This document shows positions 40,200 to 48,986 of a stretch of DNA of 48,986 nucleotides, piece after piece. A program made the position numbers and the translations under genes. How positions within the stretch are numbered: the first letter of the stretch is position 1; every line of letters starts with the position of its first letter. This DNA comes from Octopus bimaculoides (Eukaryota), in the NCBI RefSeq assembly GCF_001194135.2, contig NC_068991.1, positions 21,459,890 to 21,508,875 of the forward strand. The letters are read 5' to 3'. The notes beneath the pieces are model-generated. The model did not search any database, was not told where the DNA came from, and saw nothing but the letters and a program-made list of their open reading frames with translations.

Positions 40200-40366
40200 A
40201 TTATATTCAAACTAGCTAGATCTGGTCCATCACACCTACCCTGCAATATCATTCTAAAAATAATCGCTTTAAAATCTCCAACTTATGAGATAATGTATGA
40301 TTAGTCCAAAACCATGTGAACTGATAAGTATTACATATGACAGTAATCTGAAGGCTAAAGGGTTAA
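40200..40366. mobile_element. Partial DNA-transposon-derived repeat ending in ...GCTAAAGGGTTAA
   Basis: The terminus TTAACCCTTTAGC (rc) resembles a TTAA-targeting TIR. The partner end was not found. Confidence 0.4.
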
Positions 40367-40399
40367 CAGGAATATTTTAGGTAATAAACTTAAATGTCA

Positions 40400-40730
40400 T
40401 ACGTACGTTTCATCCTGCATCACTGCTATCCTTTTAATGATCAATGCATCCTGTTTAAACAGGTGGGGATTTTCTCTGGCATATTGTAGTCCTTGTAATA
40501 CTTTGTCATTTCTTTTTATGTGGCTCAGCATTCTGAGATCAATCAACACTTCACCCTATGACTTCCGAGCTCACCTTCTTCCACAGTTTCTATCATCTTT
40601 AAGTGTCCTATACTTCTTTAGACAGCTGTTATCTTCTGTATACATCACATGTCCATACCATCATTTTTCTTGTATATTACTTCTGATTCCTCTGATATCC
40701 AACTTTTCTCTCATGTACACAAACATTACA
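40400..40730 (-). mobile_element. RTE LINE 3' fragment
   Basis: Minus-strand translation MREKLDIRGIRSNIQE...WYGHVMYTEDNSCLKKYRT...CGRR-ARKS matches the RTE C-terminal RWYGHV...GRPRKTW region. Confidence 0.65.
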
Positions 40731-40750
40731 CATTCATTATTAATACTCGT

Positions 40751-40956
40751 TTTAGATTTTTGCACACGCCCAACAAATTCGGAGGAGGGGTAACTCGATT
40801 ACATTAACTCCAGGGCTCAACTGGTACTTATTTTAGAGACTCCGAAAGGATGAAAGGTAACATCGACCTCGGCGGAATTTGAACTCTGTGCATAAAGACA
40901 AAATGCCGCTAAACATTTTGCCTGGCACGCTAACAATTCCACCAGCTCACTACCTT
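40751..40956 (-). mobile_element. SINE family A copy
   Basis: Full-length reverse complement of family A. Confidence 0.85.
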
Positions 40957-40973
40957 AACAATAAGTAGTCCTC

Positions 40974-41218
40974 GGTAATCTTCAAGTTTAAGGGGGTAAA
41001 AAAATAAAGATATTCAAGGGAAGTAACTGAACGTCTTACCAGTATTCTCCGTACATTTGTTTATAAATAAATCACACGTGATTTGATTGACGTTAGGGTG
41101 TGATTTATTTATAAACAGCTAGAAGAAGACGGATAATACTGGTAAGTCGTTCAGTTATTTCCCTTGAATATTTTTATTTACTTTTTTACCCCCCCCCCCC
41201 CTAAACTTGAAGATTACC
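40974..41218. mobile_element. Long-TIR MITE, Mutator-like
   Basis: ~105-bp imperfect inverted arms (GGTAATCTTCAAGTTTAGGGGG...TAAATCACAC / GTGTGATTTA...CTAAACTTGAAGATTACC) around a ~20-bp loop. Flanks TAGTCCTC / TAGTCCCTC look like an 8-9-bp TSD. Confidence 0.75.
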
Positions 41219-44200
41219 TAGTCCCTCTTTGAGAGTAGAGTTCACAGCAAAGTGGGGCAAAGCTATATAGCATCTCGTGTGGTATTCTACAATATCCGCC
41301 ATGTTACGCCGCTTTACATTATTAGTATTAACAGAGGTGTGCTATATGTTACTACAGTATATTGATTTAGATTCTCTGTACAATAGCATGAAAATATTAA
41401 GTTTTAACTAACCCTAGCCTTCTAATACCTGAGCGCTTTATTTTCTTCAGCGCTCTTTTACTGTTGATTTTTCTGTCTCATTGTGTTTTTCTCTGTACTA
41501 CACTTGCCTTTCTTTACTTATGACTTCTTTCTGGAAAACACTACTCTTGACTCCTATCGTTACTCTAGCATTGTCGGTTCCTATAGCCAGTAATTTTTTT
41601 ATATTTAATTTCTTTTTCGCTAATTCAATTTTAAGGTATCTACAATGCCATTTGCATCACGTTTCTAAAGATACCATACTGAGATATGTATGTACCACTT
41701 TTTGTTTTGAGTCACTGTAACGACTTGTTTATCGATATATCATTGGATTCATCTCATAACAGACTAAATTTTTTTTCTATCCCCTATATCAGAAATCAAG
41801 TCTCCAAAATATGGAGCTAGAAAATCTCATATTTACACATTTTGTACGATACAACTTCACTTTCGACCTATCACTATCACATATAGTTTTTACATAACTC
41901 GAAGTGATCACAGCTATCAAATGAGGAGTGGTAACAAATAAACGTTGCTAAATTTGCTTCAAGCATAGATGTCTTATTTTTGGTTTTAATAAAATTGGTA
42001 AGAGGAATCATTTATTGTGGAGTTGATGCCTTGTGTTTCTTTGATTCACAGTAGCTTACTAAAAGAGAATATTTTTCCAACATATTACATCTGCAATGTG
42101 CTTTAGATCGGTCACTCGGTACTTCACANNNNNNNNNNNNNNNNNNNNNNNNNNNNNNNNNNNNNNNNNNNNNNNNNNNNNNNNNNNNNNNNNNNNNNNN
42201 NNNNNNNNNNNNNNNNNNNNNNNNNNNNNNNNNNNNNNNNNNNNNNNNNNNNNNNNNNNNNNNNNNNNNNNNNNNNNNNNNNNNNNNNNNNNNNNNNNNN
42301 NNNNNNNNNNNNNNNNNNNNNNNNNNNNNNNNNNNNNNNNNNNNNNNNNNNNNNNNNNNNNNNNNNNNNNNNNNNNNNNNNNNNNNNNNNNNNNNNNNNN
42401 NNNNNNNNNNNNNNNNNNNNNNNNNNNNNNNNNNNNNNNNNNNNNNNNNNNNNNNNNNNNNNNNNNNNNNNNNNNNNNNNNNNNNNNNNNNNNNNNNNNN
42501 NNNNNNNNNNNNNNNNNNNNNNNNNNNNNNNNNNNNNNNNNNNNNNNNNNNNNNNNNNNNNNNNNNCAACTGTACGTTGGCTGTCCCCATGGTCTTTCTA
42601 TTTGTGCACCCGAGGGAAGGACGAAGAATGTTGTCTACCAAGAGGCACTCCAATGATAACAACGGCAACTTCAACTGCTCCAATTTCAACTCCGCAATTT
42701 TTTCATTGTCCTGCCAGCCCACGTAAGTCCAGTCTTGCTTTGCTCTCCTTACTAATTCACCATGACATTCTTTTTTTTTTCTACCAAGATCCGTCGCCCA
42801 AACACCACTTCGTATCAACTTCTTCCTCTTTTTTATGTCTTCGTTTCTCTCTTCGCTTCGTTCTCTGACCGGGTGAAACCGGGCTTAGCTGCTAGTAAAA
42901 ATATAAAATTGAAAATACTTATCAGTTTGCCTCTAACAAATCTTTCATTCGCCATAAACAATTCTTATGTTTGTTGCTTACAAATTCTTGAGATGAACAC
43001 TGATGCAGGGTGGCCAACTTATAAACGGAAAGTAAAATCTGCAGAAATCCTAAAACTGTGTTCTGATATGGAACGTATTTCGCTTCCAATCTTATATTTG
43101 TGGTTTTACTAATAGATATTAAATGTAACTACAATACTTGAAAAAAAAAATAAAGAGTAGAAATATAGAGACCCCCGCCACCTCCTTTCTTCTATACAAG
43201 ATATATAATCCAAAACAAGGATGAAAAAAAAACAGGCCTATTTTAAAACCAACTGAAAGTAAATCAGTCAACCTGTCATAAAAATTTATCACTACAGAAT
43301 AAAGCATTGTTAGGACGAATTTCCATGCTTTCATTCTTTGCAACATATTTACATTATTGTGTAGTGAGTTCAGGTACTGACAGGAGTTATCTCCTCATCC
43401 TCCCCACCAGCACCACTCTGTATCCAAGCGGTGGGGGTGGGCTGGAAAATTCATAACTCGATGAGCTTTCATTTGAAGTTTCATGAAAGTGAAAGAAATT
43501 CAACAATAGCCAGTAGTACTAAAATTTGGCTGTAAGATACTTCAACAAAAGGAGGAAAAAGAAAATAGGGTAACTATTATGGAAATGTCATGATCAGAGA
43601 AAAATGCTAAATGAAATTTTAAACCTATTTTCCCTTTTAAATGCTAGATTCAAAAATTTTCTGCTAAATGCTGAAAACAAACGCTAGATCTAGCATAAAA
43701 TATGCTAAATTGGTAACCCTGCCTAGTACCTTTCCGCTTCTCGTATCTTTCAATGCCTTTCAATAACATTGATTCCTGCTTCTCGTTTCACCTTTCATCT
43801 AAAGAATTACTCCCTTCTTTTTTTTTTCTCCCCTCTTCGATGTTTCCTGAGACATCTTTCTTTCTCTCTGCAACTTCGACTACGCTGTCTTTGACAACGT
43901 TCATCACCTTTTCACAGTGCGGACGTATTTATTTTACACTTCATTATTTGACACTTGAAATCTATTTTGCATTTCTATTTCCTATTTGATGCTGTATCTC
44001 GATTGTGTAATAAGCCCCCACACCTCCTGGCTGCTCCTTTCATCCCCACCCACCTCCACCCTTATGTAAAGGAGCTGACACCCCTTCAACTGTTCCAGTT
44101 TTCACTTCAAAACTCACCTCTGGAATGTCCCAATTTATGTATAATGGTTTTTCCTACTGATAGACTCTTGACCATGAATTGTACGTTTCTATTAAATTCT

Positions 44201-45009
44201 TTGTTCTAAGTACCGTGTTCTCTCGTCAGAGTAGCCATTCTTATGATTGATCTGGAAGCTACAGAAACCTGAAGTGTATTGCTTTAAGTGTGCTGCCAAT
44301 TTTCATGTGGGTTGTGGCCAAAACTTGCAATGTGGGCCACAATTACAGGTTCACGTAATTCAACTCCGTTGAATTCGTTAACGCCTTTTAATGACATCTT
44401 TCAGACTTCACTACTTAAATTGGCCGTTACGTTTCCTCCGACCTAGCTCTCGGTGGTGATGCTTAATAGTTGAGCCGACTGATCTTGCTTGGTAATGTAC
44501 ATATAAATTCCGCAGTAACAATCGTGAACCATATTCACGCGGATACAGAACACCAAACAAATGAAAGAATGAATGTGGCAATTCCTACGTCCGATGTGTC
44601 GAAAATGGCATTACCTGATTGGTTGAAATTTTAAAACTTCAATTCGTAACGTTTTGTAACCTTCAATTTCTCCAAAAATAATGATTTTTGTAGTTACCCT
44701 GAAAAACTATATGTACAAATTATTTTTAAAAGTTTGATCTGGTGTGTGAAACAAAAGATCTGCTTAATCTGTCAAATCGTGTCCTAATTAATTAGTTAGG
44801 TCCTCATGTTCAAAGAACATACGGCTACCAGAGCTATCGATTCATCACCAAGTGCCAAGCCTTGATACCAGTTTGTATCATCGACCGTGAAAGAGATTTT
44901 TTTTTCACTTACTGCTTGCCATTTTTTCTTTTTTTTTTTTTGGATACCCTTTCTTCCTGGGTCCTTGCGGAGACCACTAGAGATATTGGTGTCGTGGTCT
45001 TTTGTCAAT

Positions 45010-46250
45010 GGTCATAATTCACAGCAGTATAGAAGGCTAAAGAAGACAATGCTTGACAATAGCTGAATTTTGACCTTTATACTGATGTTGTGAGCTTTCC
45101 AGATATTTTGATTTAAGAAAGGTACTGTTATTTTACCAGTCATGATATTCACTCTTTCCACATCTCCATTGCAGCTGATGTTACTGTCAAGGTACGTGAA
45201 GTTTTGCATTTTACCCAAGTGTTCATCCACATGGATTGTGTTCTTAACTGACCATTACTCCAATTTCATTGATTTAGGCTTTTGGGGTTTTTTTGTTTTC
45301 TCTTTCGACACTAATGATCAGCCCCATTTTTTACTGATACTGAACAAGCTCCTGATCATTTCTTGCATCTCTGCTTCACTTTCAGCAATCGATGCCAAGA
45401 CAGGTCTGTGGTCTTGTAGCCATCTGCACATGCATAATATAATCAATCAACAAGTAGGAACAAGAAAGGTGAACGTATACAACCGCGTCTCGCACCTGAT
45501 TGGATTGAAGTCAGTATCACCTGTCTCTGTTTATACACAACATTTGAATATAAGTAGATTTTTCATGATGCTGACATACTTCTCAGGAATGTTATTGTAT
45601 GGTAGGATATTCCATAAGGTCTCTCTATGGATGTTGTCAAACGCTTTCTTATAAACTACGAAATTAAAGATCTTACTTTTTTTATTCGTTGGCTGGTGGG
45701 ATTTCTTCTTCCATAATTTGCCTCAAGATAAGTGTGGTCCGCGCAAGATCTATACTTCTTGAAGCCAGTTTGATTTTTCTCTTATATGACTGATAGATTT
45801 CAACATGCTGAGAACATGACAAAATGATTTACGTAGCAGAGAGAGCAGTATGAGACCTCTCCAACTGTCACACCGAGAGAGATTTTCCTTAGGTAACTTA
45901 ACGATGGTTCTGTCTCCAAATATCAGGTATCCATTCATTCTCCCAGATACTGTATGAACAGCTTTAGGAGTAGAGCATTCATAGCTGAACCGCCATGTCT
46001 CAATAACTCTCTGCTTATTTTATCTTGACCGACACCTTTCTCTTTCTTTGATTGTTCTAGAAATCTCCGTTTATCGAATGGGGTTGGTATTCACGACAGT
46101 GAGATCATGAGTGTTGCATTTGAATTATCAAACTGTTGGAGTCCTGTCGCGTTTTGGAAGACTTAGAATCATTGGAAAGAACATTGAGTCAGTTCTGTCT
46201 TCGTTACTATTGAGGTTTTTACAGCCTAAAAGTCTTAAAACAACAAAAAA
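45010..46250 (-). mobile_element. Decayed RTE-clade LINE reverse transcriptase
   Basis: Fragments IVKLPKENLSRCDSWRGLILLS, YEKAFDNIHRETLW and NFTYLDSNIS...IWKAHNISIKVKIQLLSSIVFFSLLYCCE. Many indels. Confidence 0.82.
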
Positions 46251-47136
46251 ACATTAAACCAGAGTTTCCCAAACTGGATTTCACGAATGCTTAGAGTTCC
46301 GTGAAAAACTGAAATGTCAACGCCAGGAAGGTTTTGTTTTTTTTTTAACTTAAAAATTAGGATAGCTGGGGATTGAGTCCCGCAATTTTTTTAATTTAAT
46401 CAATTAGTCAATTATCATTTAGACAATTCAATTCTTCCAAGATATACAAAAGGTCGCTGCTAGAACCCCTTTCTTTTTTTTTTTATCATAGATCTGTTTG
46501 TCAGGGCTGACCTGGAGTTAACATTAAAATAACTATAGGCAAAACCCGCATCATGCCTTTCAACGCTGTATATAGCATGTTACACAGATGGCGATATTAA
46601 TTTAATGCTGTTTCAATTGCGTTCACCAAAGTTTCAAATTATGTTNNNNNNNNNNNNNNNNNNNNNNNNNNNNNNNNNNNNNNNNNNNNNNNNNNNNNNN
46701 NNNNNNNNNNNNNNNNNNNNNNNNNNNNNNNNNNNNNNNNNNNNNNNNNNNNNNNNNNNNNNNNNNNNNNNNNNNNNNNNNNNNNNNNNNNNNNNNNNNN
46801 NNNNNNNNNNNNNNNNNNNNNNNNNNNNNNNNNNNNNNNNNNNNNNNNNNNNNNNNNNNNNNNNNNNNNNNNNNNNNNTAAATTCTTTCAAACAAATGCA
46901 AATATTTATAACAATATCACTCAGAAAACATTTGACACATCAGCCTAGACATATTATGTCGAGGCTGTCAATTTTAACCTCATCAAAAAGAAGGAAAAAA
47001 AATGAAGTGATGAAAGAAATTAAGCTATGCCAAAACTTAACTGTTTTAGTTTTGACATCATAAATAAATACTGCACTGCAAGAGAAATGCTTTATTTTTT
47101 CTTGATCATTTATTTTTCTTTGCTACTGTCTAGTGA

Positions 47137-47400
47137 AAGGTACATGGCCTAGTCATTAGAATGTTGCACTTGCGATCGTTAGGTCGAGGTTTCGATTCTC
47201 GAAACTAGCAGTGCGTTATAATCTTCAGCAAAAAAAAAAAAAAAAATTCATTTCACGTTCATCAAGTCCATTTTACTTGGCTGTAGATGAGTCCCAACGA
47301 TAGCTGGGAAGCTAACCCTGCAACGAACCAACATCCTGTCCAGGGGGCGAAGCATTGTAATCTCAAGACCATAGGTGCCATGGAAACCTATTTAAACTCT
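47137..47400 (+). mobile_element. Old tRNA-derived SINE with Meta-domain-like 3' part
   Basis: Head GGTACATGGCCTAGTCATTAG...GGTTTCGATTCTCG, and AACCCTGCAACGAACCAACATCCTGTCCAGGGGG resembling ACCCTGCGATGGACT...CATCCAGGG. The domain assignment is from memory. Confidence 0.55.
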
Positions 47401-47751
47401 GGCTCTTATAAGTCAGAGCTTATGGTAAACTAAGTCTATGTACCAAATGAATTTACGATAATTTTTTTTACATGGCGCAATAATTTCACTAAAGCAAAAC
47501 GTTATTCAAATGGAAAAGTACCGATGTTTATAAATATCTTGTTATTTCCATATGAGAATAAGCGCCCTAAGTATTTTGTTTTGGGGATTGTTAGTCAAGG
47601 TCTCGTTCTTAAGTGGGTTTTTTTTTACTTTTGATAAATCGACTAATATTGATAGGTTTTAATTTGCTTTGTTTTTTAATCGACAAATTATAAAGTGACC
47701 CAAGGAACAAGTTTCGTGCAAAGCACTTATGAAACTGCATCAAAGTGTCTG

Positions 47752-47789
<38 letters not shown>

Positions 47790-47807
47790 TTGACTAATTA
47801 CCAAATT

Positions 47808-48145
47808 ATGAAGGCGCATGGCTCAGTGGCTAGAGCATCGAACCTACGACCGTGAGGTTGTAAGTTCAGATCCCGGACCGGCTGTGTGTTGTGTTCTTGA
47901 GCAAGACACTTTATTTCACGTTGTTCCAGTTCACTCAGCTGTAGAAACGAGTTGCGATGTCACTGGTGCGAAGCTGTATCGGCTTTTGCCCTTCCCTTAG
48001 ATAATATCGGTGGCGTGGAGAGGGGATGCTGGTATGCATGGGTGACTGCTAGTCTTCCATAAACAACCTTGCCCGGACTTGTACCTCGGAGGATAACTTT
48101 CTAGGTGCAATCTTATGGTCATTCGTGACCGAAGGGGGTCTCCGA
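47808..48145 (+). mobile_element. Full-length tRNA-derived SINE (CORE-like) with 12-bp TSD
   Basis: GGCGCATGGCTCAGTGGCTAGAGC...AGTTCAGATCCC (A and B boxes) and TTCTTGAGCAAGACACTT. AATTACCAAATT occurs at both 47796-47807 and 48146-48157. Confidence 0.88.
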
Positions 48146-48809
48146 AATTACCAAATTTACTTTTCAGTATTTGAGTCCTCTATTGGTCATAGTTGACCAC
48201 ATATCTGTATCTTCTATAGGAAGACCAGAGCGAGGTCGTGGCGGGGTTAATACTGGGTGTTGCACAAACATGCAAATCTTCCGTCTTCGCGCCACTAGTG
48301 TTATTCAAAAGAAAGGCTTATCTTAAAGACCGATACGGCTTGGCGTCCCGGGTATCATTGGAGGTGTTGCTGCCATCCTGTTCAACGGCTAACAATTCTG
48401 CTAATCCACCGCCCAAGGAAAGATGGAATTCACCTCGACGAGATTTGAACACGGAACTCAAAGTTCGAACAGATGAAGAGAAATTCTAGTCAATATTCTG
48501 ACGACTATTCTGATCCCTACTGATCCTGAAATATTTTACGTACATCTTAGCAAGTATCGTATATATCAGCAAGTTGTAGGAAGCCTAAGCTTTGATAATG
48601 GCTAATAATAGAGAAACATGTCAGGGGTTTTCTCCCCTATTGGATGGAAAAATTAAAACATTAACTCAGACCAAAAATTTTTCTCTTGCTGTAAGAATAA
48701 AATTATTTCTAATCAACACAATTAATGCTTATCACATTAACACTATGTGATGGATATATATCTTAACTATATGTAAAATTTGTGTATACAAAATGATGAT
48801 GATGATACT

Positions 48810-48900
48810 TTCTACTATAAGCACAAAGCCTGAAATTTGTGGGGAGAGGACTAGTCTATTACATCGATCCAAGTATTTCACTGGTACTTAATTTATCGCC
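48810..48900 (-). mobile_element. SINE family A, 3' fragment
   Basis: GCACAAAGCCTGAAATTTG...TACATCGATCC...ACTGGTACTTAATTTATCG. Other fragments occur near 5110-5330, 15230-15430, 27140-27260 and 48385-48470. Confidence 0.65.
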
Positions 48901-48986
48901 CCCATGGTGCCCTTATTTTTAGAATGCCTTAATTTTATTAGATCCTGAAAATAATTACTTATATATATATATATATATATATATAT

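Noticed and set aside
43610-43722. TGCTAAA/TGCTAGA repeats ending in TGGTAACCCTG, like a DNA transposon terminus
   Set aside because: Only one end found, with no TSD or partner TIR; too weak to annotate.
45142-45654. 170-aa plus-strand ORF
   Set aside because: Antisense shadow of the decayed RTE RT, with no independent coding signal.

Overview
This is eukaryotic genomic DNA from a gappy draft assembly, with 16 N-runs totalling about 5.8 kb. It is AT-rich and full of microsatellites. The tRNA-derived SINE families resemble those I know from Octopus genomes, so a coleoid cephalopod origin is inferred, not proven. Two genes are supported. (1) A spliced SLC22-family (MFS organic cation/anion transporter-like) gene lies on the minus strand. 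Five coding exons join in frame through GT-AG introns (32792-32654, 12317-12121, 9086-8856, 5552-5350, 3487-3131), and I could not find its 3' half in the window. (2) A divergently oriented 274-aa ORF (38168-38992, +) has four predicted TM helices and an N-terminal PPxY motif, giving a MARVEL/tetraspan-like architecture that I cannot name. The 20.3-kb first coding intron and the flanks hold decayed mobile elements: mariner, Ty3/gypsy, hAT, an R4/Dong-like LINE, RTE LINEs, a zinc-knuckle ORF1, several MITEs and more than 15 SINE copies. I see no prokaryote-type system or CRISPR array. The best leads are the orphan PY-motif 4TM gene, a TATA+Inr+E-box candidate promoter with a non-coding exon between the two genes, an inverted-SINE cluster next to exon 5, and a degenerate ~43-bp repeat that may be a decayed coding repeat.
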